Shown one piece after another: positions 28,131 through 37,809 of a stretch of DNA of 64,000 bases. Source of the DNA: an uncultured Bacilli bacterium (GTDB taxonomy: Bacteria; Bacillota_I; Bacilli_A; RFN20; CAG-826); NCBI GenBank assembly GCA_944375905.1, contig CALWAS010000019.1, forward strand, positions 5,394 through 69,393, in the 5' to 3' direction. Made by a program: the position numbers and the translations under genes. The notes beneath the pieces are model-generated. The model did no database searches, was not told the DNA's origin, and saw only the letters and a program-made list of their open reading frames with translations. How positions within the stretch are numbered: position 1 is the first letter of the stretch; every line of letters starts with the position of its first letter.

Positions 28131-28216
28131 TACGCCATCGCGATGGAAGGTTTCCGAACCAGGTCAGGCGGGGAACCGAGCAGCCTTAAGGCTTCCGACC
28201 ATGCGCGGTGGTTTTT
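28131..28216 (+). ncRNA. ffs: signal recognition particle RNA, small (4.5S-like) type
   Basis: The conserved domain IV sequence CCAGGTCAGGCGG-GGAA-CCGAGCAGCC matches the AGGUCAGG..GGAA..AGCAGCC core. The closing helix CCATCGCG/CGCGGTGG is fully paired. TATAAT sits at 28122-28127, and a T-run follows the 3' end. Confidence 0.82.
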
Positions 28217-28235
28217 ATCTTGCTAACATACTGCC

Positions 28236-28682
28236 GTGAACGACGAAGAACTCATGAACGAAGCCCTCATCGAGGCCAAGAGGGCATATGACGAGGGGGA
28301 AGTACCGGTCGGGGCCGTCGTTGCCCTCGACGGGGAAATCGTAGGGCGCGGCCACAACGGACGGGAGGAAAAGCATTCGATCGCTTCGCATGCGGAAATC
28401 GAGGCGATTCTCGACGCCGAGAGGAACCTCGGCCGGACGAGGCTCGACGGATGCAGCATTTACGTCACTCTCGAGCCGTGCCTCATGTGTGCCGGCGCGA
28501 TCATCCAAAGCAGGCTTTTCCGCCTCGTTTACGCCGTTGACGATCCGAAGGCCGGGGCCGTAAGGAGCCGTTTTCACGCTTTCGACGATCCGACCGAAGA
28601 CGGCGTCCCTCTCCTTTCCGTTGGCCTAAGAGGAGAGGAAGCCGCGAAGTTACTTCGTGCTTTCTTCCTCGAAAGGCGTTAA
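28236..28682 (+). CDS. tadA: tRNA adenosine(34) deaminase
   Basis: 148 aa with a GTG start. Zinc motifs HAEIEAI and TLEPCLMCAGAI. Confidence 0.92.
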   Translation: MNDEELMNEALIEAKRAYDEGEVPVGAVVALDGEIVGRGHNGREEKHSIASHAEIEAILDAERNLGRTRLDGCSIYVTLEPCLMCAGAIIQSRLFRLVYAVDDPKAGAVRSRFHAFDDPTEDGVPLLSVGLRGEEAAKLLRAFFLERR

Positions 28683-28686
28683 TTAA

Positions 28687-31575
28687 ATGGCAGAAATGGA
28701 AAACGCCCCTCTTCTTCTTTTGCACGGCATCGGAAAGGACTATTCGGTCGACGGGCATCCCTTCAGGGCCCTCGACGAAATAAGCGTTTCCTTTCCGCGT
28801 CGCGGATTCGTGTCGATCCTCGGGCCTTCGGGCTGCGGCAAAACGACCCTCCTCAACATCATCGGCGGACTCGATCGGGCCAGCCGGGGAGAGCTTGTGA
28901 TCGACGGGAAGAGCACTGCCTCCTATCGCGATGCCGATTGGGACGCTTATCGAAATGCCCGCCTGGGCTTCGTCTTCCAAAGCTATAACCTGATTGAGCG
29001 GGAAAGCGCGCTCGCCAATGTCGAGCTGCCCCTTTTATTGGCTGGGGTTTCCTCCTCCAAAAGGAAAAAGATGGCTCTCAAGGCCCTTTCTAGGGTCGGC
29101 CTCGACGGAATATCCTCGAAAAAGCCCAACCAGCTTTCGGGCGGCCAGATGCAGCGGGTTGCCATTGCCAGGGCAATCGTGGGAAGCCCGTCGATCGTCT
29201 TGGCCGACGAGCCGACGGGCGCCCTCGATAGCGCCTCGTCGAAAACGGTTGCCGAAATATTGAAGGAGATATCGAAAGACCGGCTCGTCATCCTCGTAAC
29301 CCACAACCGGGAATTGGCCTTGCGTTATAGCGATCGCGTCATCGAGATGGCCGACGGCAGGATCGTTTCCGATTCGAGCCCCCTTCCCGTCGATGAAGGC
29401 GGAACCGAAGGAAAGCGCCACGAAAAGACTTCCATGTCCTTCCTTTCGGCAATCAAAAACGCCGTCATGAGCGCTTTCGCGAAAAAAGGACGCACCTTCC
29501 TTACCGCGATTGCCTCGAGTGTCGGCATAGCCGGGGTAGCCCTCGTGCTTTCGATTTCCAGTGGCTTTTCCTCTTATGTCTCGACCGTCGAGACATCGAT
29601 GGCGTCCGCCGTGCCGATTACCATATCGAAGCGGACGATGGCTTACGCATCGTCGAGCGCGGGAAGTTCGAGCGGGGAAGAATATCCGGACGAGGATGTC
29701 GTCTATGCCTACGAGACAACCGGGCAGAGCTATGTCGTGAGAACCAACGACCTCAGCCGCGAATACGTGGAGTATGTCGAAGCGCTTGTGAGTGATCCGG
29801 AACTGAAGTCGAGGAACCTCGCAAGCGACGTCATAGTCGAGCGCGAGAATCTTTCGTTCAACATCATCACCTCGTCTACCCTCGACGAAAGCGATCCGAA
29901 CGCTTCGTTCTTCCTCCTCGACCAAGGGGCATCGGCTTCACAGTCGTCCTTGACGTCGATGGTCACTTCGGCCAGCTCGCTTCCGACGAGCATTTTCCAT
30001 CCTCTATACGGGATAGGAAGCGAGGAAGACCCGAGCGACCAATACGACCTGATATACGGGCGCTTTCCGAAGGACCCGACCGACCTCGTATTGATCGTCG
30101 ATAGGAAAAACCAAGTTAACATATCGACGCTCAAGGGGCTCGGCATCGTGGACGATTCGGCTTCCGGAGGAACGGCGGTTTCCTTTGCCGATATTGTCGA
30201 AAAGAAAAAATACAAGGCGTATTTGCAGAAGGATTTCTATGATTCGGAGCACACTTTGAGCTATGTTGACGAAGCGTATTCCAACGTTAGGATCGTCTCC
30301 GACGGAAACGGCGGGTTTGATGCCGTAAGCGATGGCTTGGAGCCGAAGGAGGTCACGGCTTACCTTGCTCCCGGAACGGATTCCGATTCCTACCGCGACT
30401 TTTACTTCGACGAGAGCCACAACCCGATCGAACTTCGAATCGTCGGAATCATCCGGCCCAGCCGAAATAGCTTCATATCCACGATGCCGTGCAGCATCGG
30501 CTACCTGCCGTCCATGGATGCCCTTTTTCAAGGCGAGAGCAATGACGAAACGCGGGCAATGGCCGAAAAGCAGACCACGAACTGGTACATTCCGAAAACC
30601 AATTATCAAAAGGAGGACGGACTCGCGGCGCTCAACGAATTGCTCGACGATCTTCAGCCCGTCCTTCAAGGAAATCCCCTGGATCTTTCTTCCCTTTCGG
30701 AACTCGCCGCTTCCATTTCCGATCTTCTCTGCTATCGAAGCTTCTTCGCTCCTTGGAGTTATATCGAAACGAAATACGCCCCCGACCGACTTACCATGTA
30801 CGGAATGCTCGCCTATTCGAGAAAGGTTGGCGGCCATTTCAAAGAGGAGAAAGCCAAAAAGGTCGTGGACGGGCTTATGGGAAACGACCCGACGGGCCTT
30901 TACCTCTTCTTATCCTCCCTCTTTGATGGCTCGTTCTTCTCGGCGACTTCCGAGGTAGCGAACGCCATGGATTTGATTGCCTATGCCGAAGCGTATTCGT
31001 TAGTGAGCGACATACTCGTCTTCCCGTCATCGATGACCACCAAAGGCGATTTGAAGGCTTATCTTGACGCCTACAACGAAGGCCGGCCCGAGGCCCAGCG
31101 CGTGACTTACGTCGACGCGATGAGCGACTTTACAGAGTCGCTTGGCGAACTCGTTTCCGTCTTGGCGGTCGTCTTAATACTTTTCGCCTCCATTTCTCTT
31201 TTCGTTTCGTCGATCATGATGGCGGTAATTACGTATGTATCAGTTCTCGAAAGAACGAAGGAAATCGGTATACTTAGGGCATGCGGCGCTCGCAAAAGAG
31301 ACGTGGGGCGGCTCTTTGAGGCGGAATGCATGTTGGTCGGGGCTCTTGCCGGAATCATCGGCGTGGCCTTGTCCTACATCCTTACAATCCCGCTTAACTT
31401 GATCATCTCGTCCTTGTTCTCTTCCTACATTGCCTTGGGCAATCTAGCGAGCCTTCCGCTCTGGATCGGCCTCGTCCTCGTCGTCTGCTCGATTGCCCTC
31501 TCCTTTATATCGGGTCTCGTGCCGGCACGTATTGCGGCTCGCCGGAATCCTGTCGAAGCTTTAAGGAGCGAGTAG
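28687..31575 (+). CDS. fused ABC transporter ATP-binding / FtsX-type permease (MacB-like)
   Basis: 962 aa. Walker [10 protein letters not shown], signature [14 protein letters not shown], Walker [15 protein letters not shown] helix, a roughly 560-aa extracytoplasmic region, and the C-terminal FtsX 3-TM bundle ([16 protein letters not shown]). Confidence 0.85.
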   Translation: MAEMENAPLLLLHGIGKDYSVDGHPFRALDEISVSFPRRGFVSILGPSGCGKTTLLNIIGGLDRASRGELVIDGKSTASYRDADWDAYRNARLGFVFQSYNLIERESALANVELPLLLAGVSSSKRKKMALKALSRVGLDGISSKKPNQLSGGQMQRVAIARAIVGSPSIVLADEPTGALDSASSKTVAEILKEISKDRLVILVTHNRELALRYSDRVIEMADGRIVSDSSPLPVDEGGTEGKRHEKTSMSFLSAIKNAVMSAFAKKGRTFLTAIASSVGIAGVALVLSISSGFSSYVSTVETSMASAVPITISKRTMAYASSSAGSSSGEEYPDEDVVYAYETTGQSYVVRTNDLSREYVEYVEALVSDPELKSRNLASDVIVERENLSFNIITSSTLDESDPNASFFLLDQGASASQSSLTSMVTSASSLPTSIFHPLYGIGSEEDPSDQYDLIYGRFPKDPTDLVLIVDRKNQVNISTLKGLGIVDDSASGGTAVSFADIVEKKKYKAYLQKDFYDSEHTLSYVDEAYSNVRIVSDGNGGFDAVSDGLEPKEVTAYLAPGTDSDSYRDFYFDESHNPIELRIVGIIRPSRNSFISTMPCSIGYLPSMDALFQGESNDETRAMAEKQTTNWYIPKTNYQKEDGLAALNELLDDLQPVLQGNPLDLSSLSELAASISDLLCYRSFFAPWSYIETKYAPDRLTMYGMLAYSRKVGGHFKEEKAKKVVDGLMGNDPTGLYLFLSSLFDGSFFSATSEVANAMDLIAYAEAYSLVSDILVFPSSMTTKGDLKAYLDAYNEGRPEAQRVTYVDAMSDFTESLGELVSVLAVVLILFASISLFVSSIMMAVITYVSVLERTKEIGILRACGARKRDVGRLFEAECMLVGALAGIIGVALSYILTIPLNLIISSLFSSYIALGNLASLPLWIGLVLVVCSIALSFISGLVPARIAARRNPVEALRSE

Positions 31576-31579
31576 GAAA

Positions 31580-34075
31580 ATGAAAGACATCGCCAGTCGG
31601 CTTGCCGCCGAATTAAACAAGCGAATTGCCAATGCCCGGCCCATCGAGGCCGATTTCATGTACGGCCTTAGCGACGAAGAGGTGGCCGAACGGAAGAAAG
31701 ACGGTCTTGGCAACAAGGTCAAGAAGCAGGTAACCAAATCGTATTGGCGGATATTGGCCGATAATTTCCTGACGTTCTTCAACATCGTCTTCTTCGTGAT
31801 CGCGGCCCTCATGATCATCGGAAGGCTCCCCATCACTTCGTTCTTTTTCCTCGGCCCGCTTTGCTTAAACATCGCCATCGGCCTTTTGGCCGACATTCGC
31901 GTGCGCTTACTAACCGATCGCCTCAGGGTGGTCACGGGCGAGAGAGCGACCGTCATGCGGAACGGAAAGGAGATTTCCCTGCCCCTCGGGGAACTCGTTC
32001 TTAGCGACATCGTCGTCATAAAAGCCGGGGACCAGATACCGTGCGACTCATTGATCGTTTCCGGCGATCTCGAGGTCGACGAATCCCTTCTTACCGGAGA
32101 GAGCGATACGGTGAAAAAGAAAGAAGGGGATCGCATCCTCTCCGGCTCGTTCGCGAAAGCCGGGAAGTGCTACGCTCGAATCGAGAAGGTCGGTTCGGCC
32201 AATTATGCCGAGTCCCTTCAAAAAGAAGCAAAGCGCTGGACGCGCCCGAAAAGCGAAATCAAACGCACATGCCTGGCGATCTTCTGGACGACGGGCATAA
32301 CGGCGATCGTCATGGGGCTTGCGATGTTCGCCACGGAGCTCATTCAAAACGGATGGTTCGAGTCCCTGGAGGAATACGGCGATTTCATAAAGTCGCTCTC
32401 CGGATCCCTCGTGGCGATGATCCCAGCCGGTCTTTACGTCCTCACTTCCGCTACGCTCGCCATCGGCGTCTACAACCTTTACAAGAAGCGGATGAACGTT
32501 CAGGAACTTTATTGCATCGAGATGCTGGCCCGCGTCGACACCGTTTGCTTCGACAAGACGGGAACCCTCACGGACGGAAAGCTTCAGGTTGGCGAAGTTT
32601 TCCAATACGACGAAACGAGCCTCGACGAGATCAAAGGCATCCTTGCCAGCCTCGAGGAGGCGACGGGCGATAGCAACGCGACCTCGGAAGCCTTGCTGCG
32701 CTTTTCCTCTGGCGAGGAGACCATGCCGGCTTCCCTCGTCGTCCCATTCGACAGCGGGCGTAAATACGCGGCCGCCACGTTCGAAGGCAAGGGAACCTAC
32801 ATAATCGGGGCAAGCGAGTTCATCAACGGAAAAATGCCCGACATTGCCATCAAGGATGCAACCCGCCTGATGAAATCCGGCTACCGGATCATTGGCCTTT
32901 TTCATTCGAAAGATCCAATAAAAGACGGAAAAATTCCCAGCAAATCCTCATTGATTTGCCAAATTTCGCTTATCGATCACATAAAGGAAGACGCCAAGTC
33001 AAACATTGAATGGTTCCAGTCTTCCGGAGTCCAGGTAAAAATCATTTCCGGAGACAACCCGCTCACCGTTTCCGAAATCGCCAGGCGGTGCGGCGTCGCC
33101 GGTGCCGATCGATTCATTTCGATGGAAAACGTGAAAGACGAGGACATCCAAAAGGCCGTTGCCGAATACTCGGTATTTGGCCGCGTTAGGCCGGAACAAA
33201 AAGCCAAGATCGTCGAAGCCATTCAAAACGAAGGGCACAAGGTTGCCATGACCGGCGACGGCGTCAACGACATACTAGCCCTCAAGAAAGCCGATTGCTC
33301 GATCGCGATGGCTTCTGGTTCCTCTGCCGCGCGCAACGTTGCCCATATGGTTAGCTTGGACAACGATTTCAGCAAATTGCCGGCAGTCGTCAAAGAAGGC
33401 CGACGTGTCATAAACAACATTCAGCGAACCGCTTCCCTCTTCCTTTCGAAGACCACGTTTGCAATCGTTCTATCCCTCGTCTTCCTGATAACCGACTGGG
33501 CCGTCGGCTACGACTACCCGCTTTCCACGAACAACATGACCATGTGGGAGTTCTTCACGATCGGCCTTGCTGGGTTCTTCCTCGCTTTGCAGCCATCGAA
33601 CGAGAGGCTTGAGGGAAAGGTCATGTTCAACATTCTTTCGAAGGCGCTTCCGGCCGGGCTTTGCGAAGCCCTCTCGGTAGGGCTTTGCTATTTGCTGGCC
33701 GCCTTCTACCCTGCCCTTTGGAGCGGCGATGGACAGTTGATAATAACGATGGCGACGATTTCGTTTACCCTGATTTCCCTATTTGCCTTCTTCCGCGTCT
33801 GCTTCCCGTTCGACAAATACAGATCATGGGTGTTCTTGCTGGTTCTCGCCGGCCTTGTATTGACCTTCGTCGTCGATCGCTACGCTCTATACCCGAACGG
33901 TTACGAGGCTTTCGGGCTTAACTTCGGCCTTCTTACCGGGGGCGAGCATGGCATTTACACTATCCTTATGATTGCTGGTATCCTCGTGGTGTGCCTTGTC
34001 ATATACTACGCGTCGGTCCAGCTGATCAACCGTCTTGGCAAGAAGAAGGAGAGCTACGATGAGAATCGCGCCTGA
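31580..34075 (+). CDS. cation-translocating P-type ATPase (specificity not assignable)
   Basis: 831 aa. TGES, phosphorylation site CFDKTGTLT, hinge MTGDGVNDILALKKAD. About 10 TM segments. Confidence 0.9.
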   Translation: MKDIASRLAAELNKRIANARPIEADFMYGLSDEEVAERKKDGLGNKVKKQVTKSYWRILADNFLTFFNIVFFVIAALMIIGRLPITSFFFLGPLCLNIAIGLLADIRVRLLTDRLRVVTGERATVMRNGKEISLPLGELVLSDIVVIKAGDQIPCDSLIVSGDLEVDESLLTGESDTVKKKEGDRILSGSFAKAGKCYARIEKVGSANYAESLQKEAKRWTRPKSEIKRTCLAIFWTTGITAIVMGLAMFATELIQNGWFESLEEYGDFIKSLSGSLVAMIPAGLYVLTSATLAIGVYNLYKKRMNVQELYCIEMLARVDTVCFDKTGTLTDGKLQVGEVFQYDETSLDEIKGILASLEEATGDSNATSEALLRFSSGEETMPASLVVPFDSGRKYAAATFEGKGTYIIGASEFINGKMPDIAIKDATRLMKSGYRIIGLFHSKDPIKDGKIPSKSSLICQISLIDHIKEDAKSNIEWFQSSGVQVKIISGDNPLTVSEIARRCGVAGADRFISMENVKDEDIQKAVAEYSVFGRVRPEQKAKIVEAIQNEGHKVAMTGDGVNDILALKKADCSIAMASGSSAARNVAHMVSLDNDFSKLPAVVKEGRRVINNIQRTASLFLSKTTFAIVLSLVFLITDWAVGYDYPLSTNNMTMWEFFTIGLAGFFLALQPSNERLEGKVMFNILSKALPAGLCEALSVGLCYLLAAFYPALWSGDGQLIITMATISFTLISLFAFFRVCFPFDKYRSWVFLLVLAGLVLTFVVDRYALYPNGYEAFGLNFGLLTGGEHGIYTILMIAGILVVCLVIYYASVQLINRLGKKKESYDENRA

Positions 34076-34961
34076 AGTCGAGCAAGCCCTAGCCGAGAAG
34101 AAAGCGGTCGTCGCCCTTGAAAGCACGATCATTTCTCACGGCATGCCGTATCCGAAGAATCTGGAAACGGCCTACGCCCTGGAGGATATAATCCGGGAAG
34201 AAGGGGCCGTTCCGGCAACGATCGGCCTTGTCGAAGGAGAAATCGTCATCGGGCTTTCCCACTCGGAGATCGAGGAACTCGCCAAGCGGAAGGGCGTAAG
34301 GAAGGTTTCAAAACGTGACCTTCCGATCGCGATGGCAAATGGCGAATGGGGTGTGACGACCGTGAGCGGAACCATCCTTTGCGCCTCGAAAGCCGGGATT
34401 GACGTCTTTGCCACCGGCGGCATTGGCGGCGTCCATCGCGGAGCCGAAAAGACTTTCGACGTTTCCCGCGACCTTCTTGAGCTCGGCAGCGAGCCGATGC
34501 TTGTCGTCTGCTCCGGCGCCAAGGCCATTCTCGACCTTCCGAAAACGATAGAGGTGCTTGAAACGCAGGGAGTCACCGTCCTTTCCTACGAGAGCGACAG
34601 CTTCGCTTCCTTTTATTCGCGTTCCTCCGGGCTCCCCGTCGATTATGTCTTCCACGATCCATCCGAGGCGGCCAAGGTCCTAAAAGCCCGCCGTGACCTC
34701 GAACTGACTGGCGGAATTCTCGTTTCGAACCCGTGTCCCGAGGATATGGCCATGGACAATAAGGTCATCGAGAAAGTCATCGAAGAAGCGGTAAAGGAAG
34801 CCGATAAGAACGAAATCCACGGCAAATCCCTTACGCCTTTCCTCCTTTCTAGGATTGCCGAACTCACGAAAGGCGACTCCCTTGAAACCAATATGGCTCT
34901 TGTGAAGAACAACGCCCGACTCGGGGCGAGGATCGCGGTTGCCTACGCGAAGATGAAATAG
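34059..34961 (+). CDS. psuG: pseudouridine-5'-phosphate glycosidase
   Basis: The ATG at 34059 (MRIAPEVEQAL), preceded by AGGAG, is preferred over the ORF-track start at 34035. ALESTIISHGMPYP motif. Overlaps the ATPase 3' end by 17 nt. Confidence 0.9.
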   Translation: MRIAPEVEQALAEKKAVVALESTIISHGMPYPKNLETAYALEDIIREEGAVPATIGLVEGEIVIGLSHSEIEELAKRKGVRKVSKRDLPIAMANGEWGVTTVSGTILCASKAGIDVFATGGIGGVHRGAEKTFDVSRDLLELGSEPMLVVCSGAKAILDLPKTIEVLETQGVTVLSYESDSFASFYSRSSGLPVDYVFHDPSEAAKVLKARRDLELTGGILVSNPCPEDMAMDNKVIEKVIEEAVKEADKNEIHGKSLTPFLLSRIAELTKGDSLETNMALVKNNARLGARIAVAYAKMK

Positions 34962-34964
34962 ACG

Positions 34965-35522
34965 ATGCTAACCGAAGCCAAATTCAAGCGGGCGTTGAGG
35001 GAGATGATGCTTTCGTCGCCGCTTAAAGACATAACCGTCAGATCCCTATGCGAGTATTGCGGATCCCACCGCCAGACTTTCTATTACCACTATCAGGACA
35101 TATACGACCTCTTGAATTCGATCTTCCTGACCGAAACCGTCCCCGGATTCATCGAAGGGGCAGAACCGACGTCCAACTTGAAGGCAATCCAGACCTATGC
35201 CAAGGACAATTTCGCGTTTTTGAGGGCCGCCTACAATTCCGCGGCTAGCGAATTGCCGGACGACTTCTTCTTTTCGAAGGTAATGACGAGCTGTTTTTCC
35301 TTTTACGCCAAGCGTCCTCCCGAAGGCCTAAGCAAAGAAGGAACCAGGGTGGCTTGCCGCCGCTTTTCGAGGATGGTCGCCGATGAATACGGGTACCTTT
35401 TCCGCAATCAGGAAGTTACTCCCCTCCGCTTCGACCGTCAGATGACGCGCTTTCTCGCCGTTGCCAAAGATCGTCTTTTCCCGGCCATCGTCTCGGCAAC
35501 CGTTGAAGAAAGAAAACGTTAA
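34965..35522 (+). CDS. TetR-family regulator (DhaS-like subgroup)
   Basis: 185 aa. HTH region ITVRSLCEYCGSHRQTFYYHYQDIYDLL is typical of the probable dihydroxyacetone-kinase-regulator TetR clade. Confidence 0.72.
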   Translation: MLTEAKFKRALREMMLSSPLKDITVRSLCEYCGSHRQTFYYHYQDIYDLLNSIFLTETVPGFIEGAEPTSNLKAIQTYAKDNFAFLRAAYNSAASELPDDFFFSKVMTSCFSFYAKRPPEGLSKEGTRVACRRFSRMVADEYGYLFRNQEVTPLRFDRQMTRFLAVAKDRLFPAIVSATVEERKR

Positions 35523-35688
35523 ACTGTAGATTGCTCCCACCAATGGCCTATAATGGCCATGCCTTGCGGCAGACACGTCGTCAAGCCTCCCTTAGGCCTC
35601 GAGACCAATTAGGAACACGTGTGGTTGGCCTAGCCAGTCACGAAGCCAAGGGAACGCCGGAAGAGCGTCCCCAAAAGGAGGTTGAAAC

Positions 35689-36981
35689 ATGAAGAAAAGC
35701 GAGATCATGGGATATCTCGTCTACGCGATCCTTTTCGCAATGGCGATATTGGTCGGCATTTTCGTCGTCCGCCCGATCATGACCGATTACGGAAGCTACG
35801 CCCCGATGGAGCCAATCGTTTTCCTAATCGTGGCGATAGTCGTCGGAATCGTGCTGAACGCCGCTTTCATCGAGCTTGGCCATTTCGTAGGGGCCAAGAT
35901 CGGGCATTACAAGGTGTATTTCCTCACCTGTCTTTGGCTTGGCTGGAAGGAAAAGGAAGGAAAGATGCGCTTTGGCGCCCAAGGTTTCGACGGATTCCTC
36001 GGGGAGACGAAGATTGCTCCGAAGAACGACAAGTCCAACCCAAAGCCTTTCATCTACATGCCGTTGGTTTTCTTCCTGATCGAGGTAATTGCCGGCGTCG
36101 TTCTCATAGCCATCAGCACTTCGTATGCGGAGGGGCCGGAAGCCAATCTTACCTGGGAATGGTACAAGCTCCTTGGCATCGTGATTCTGACCTGCGGAGG
36201 AATCGTCTACGTCTATGACATTTTCCCTGCTGCGCTGGACAGCAAGAACGACGGCTATCTCCTTACCGTCCTCACCAACAAGACAAACATCGAGGCCTAT
36301 AACGATCTTCTAAGCGCCGAATACAAAATCTACAAAGGCGAGAAGACCGAGGGCAATAAGATTTACGACAAAGTGACCAACTTCACGAGTCGGATCAATG
36401 CGATATCCACCGCTGCCGCAATTGAAGATGGAGATTATGCAAAGGCCATCGCGATCGTCGATAAGACGATTGCCTGCAAAGACGATGTTTCCTCGTTCAT
36501 CTACGAAGATGCTTGTGCGGACAAAGTTAGCCTCCTTCTTCTTAGCGGAAAAGAAGAGGAAGGGCGCAAGGAATACATTTCCTACCCGCTTGAAGTCAAA
36601 AAGCACATCGCTTCGATGTCGACTCCTGCCGCCGTGCGCACTTACATTCTCGTAAGCGGCCTCATCGATGAATCGAAGGGCGAACTCGAAGGAGCGATTT
36701 CCAAGGTCGATGCCGTTTTGAAAAAAGGATCCGAACAGACGCGCGCGAGCGACACCAAATTGGTCAAGGATGCGATAAAGCTGGTTCTTGAACGCCATCC
36801 CGATTGGGATCTATCCGCCTATAACCTCAACTTGGGAGAAGAGCAAAAGCCCTCGTCTGACGAAAAAGCCGCTTCTGATGCGCCCGAAGTAGCGAGTGAT
36901 GCTCCTACGCCGGAAAAGACTCAAGAAAATGACGAGAAAGCCCCGGCTGAAGAGAAGGATAAGGGCGAGGATCAACAATAA
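35689..36981 (+). CDS. membrane protein with a degenerate M50 (site-2 protease-like) core and a cytoplasmic helical/acidic tail
   Basis: 430 aa. IELGHFVGAK sits where M50 proteases have HExGH. A later FPAALDSKNDGYLL resembles the M50 NxxPxxxLDG motif. The C-terminal ~230 aa are soluble, TPR-like, and end in an E/P/A-rich tail. Confidence 0.6.
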   Translation: MKKSEIMGYLVYAILFAMAILVGIFVVRPIMTDYGSYAPMEPIVFLIVAIVVGIVLNAAFIELGHFVGAKIGHYKVYFLTCLWLGWKEKEGKMRFGAQGFDGFLGETKIAPKNDKSNPKPFIYMPLVFFLIEVIAGVVLIAISTSYAEGPEANLTWEWYKLLGIVILTCGGIVYVYDIFPAALDSKNDGYLLTVLTNKTNIEAYNDLLSAEYKIYKGEKTEGNKIYDKVTNFTSRINAISTAAAIEDGDYAKAIAIVDKTIACKDDVSSFIYEDACADKVSLLLLSGKEEEGRKEYISYPLEVKKHIASMSTPAAVRTYILVSGLIDESKGELEGAISKVDAVLKKGSEQTRASDTKLVKDAIKLVLERHPDWDLSAYNLNLGEEQKPSSDEKAASDAPEVASDAPTPEKTQENDEKAPAEEKDKGEDQQ

Positions 36982-37002
36982 GCGGTTGGAATGCCGCAAG
37001 AA

Positions 37003-37032
37003 GGCGCCGTTCAAAAACGGTGCCTTTTCTTT
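37003..37032 (+). terminator. intrinsic terminator
   Basis: GGCGCCGT-TCAAAA-ACGGTGCC stem followed by TTTTCTTT. Confidence 0.75.
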
Positions 37033-37069
37033 ATAAGCAGATTCAGTATTCCGTCAGTGAAAAAGCGTT

Positions 37070-37690
37070 TTACCGCTTCCAAAGGTTTCTGTAGAGATCG
37101 GCGGCTATTAGCTTTTTAAAGGCCTTTCCCGGAACCGAGGAAGCAAAGGATGTTATGTCTTCGGCTTTCAAATGGCGTTCCCGTATGTAATTCGAAAGGG
37201 TGCTCGAATTCGCCTTTACCTCATCGATCGAAGCGCCGGACAGATAGGTTAGAAACGCTAAAGTGTCCACGTTTTCGACCGTGACCGGACTATACGGCTT
37301 TCTCAGGGTGAAGCGCTTGGAAAACATGTAGACTTTTTTCTTTATGGACGTTGCCTTGTTCGTAACGACCTCCAATTCATCCTCGTCGGAAAGGCTTCCA
37401 TTCAAATAAAACCGAATGAAAGACTTTCCCGAAAAGAATCCGTACACCTCTCCCTGAGATTCGATGTAGCGGAGACGGATGGCATCGATGGCAGTCGGCG
37501 TCAAAGACGGGTTCTTATTTGGCATGAAGAATATTCCATAGGCGAATGATTTGACCAGCCCAGCTTTACGCAATTCGAATAAGTCAGATTTAATGGTTTC
37601 AAGGTCGACCGATTTGGTCTTTAGTTGCTCGGCTTGGAATAGCTCGCCCGGCTTGAATCGTCTTTGTATTATGGAATAAGTCTGATTCAT
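37070..37690 (-). CDS. hypothetical protein, AbiEi/DUF6088-like (winged-helix N-terminus)
   Basis: 206 aa. ELRKAGLVKSFAYGIFFMP resembles the AbiEi-antitoxin wHTH pattern (L..G.l.r...GiY). The gene and its upstream spacer are clearly AT-richer than neighbouring genes. No partner nucleotidyltransferase gene is adjacent. Confidence 0.4.
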   Translation of the reverse strand: MNQTYSIIQRRFKPGELFQAEQLKTKSVDLETIKSDLFELRKAGLVKSFAYGIFFMPNKNPSLTPTAIDAIRLRYIESQGEVYGFFSGKSFIRFYLNGSLSDEDELEVVTNKATSIKKKVYMFSKRFTLRKPYSPVTVENVDTLAFLTYLSGASIDEVKANSSTLSNYIRERHLKAEDITSFASSVPGKAFKKLIAADLYRNLWKR

Positions 37691-37809
37691 GATTAAAAAT
37701 AAAAACTAATAATTAGGTATTAAAAAGAATAGTAAATATCAAAATATTTATCAATATGGTGAAAATAAAAAAGCAGGAAGGATCCTGCTTTCAAACCGCT
37801 TGGGCGATG

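Noticed and set aside
35610-35630. ACACGTGT palindrome considered as a third parS site
   Set aside because: Only the central CACGTG matches. The flanks (GGAACACGTGTGGTT) do not fit the TTTCAC/GTGAAA arms of parS.
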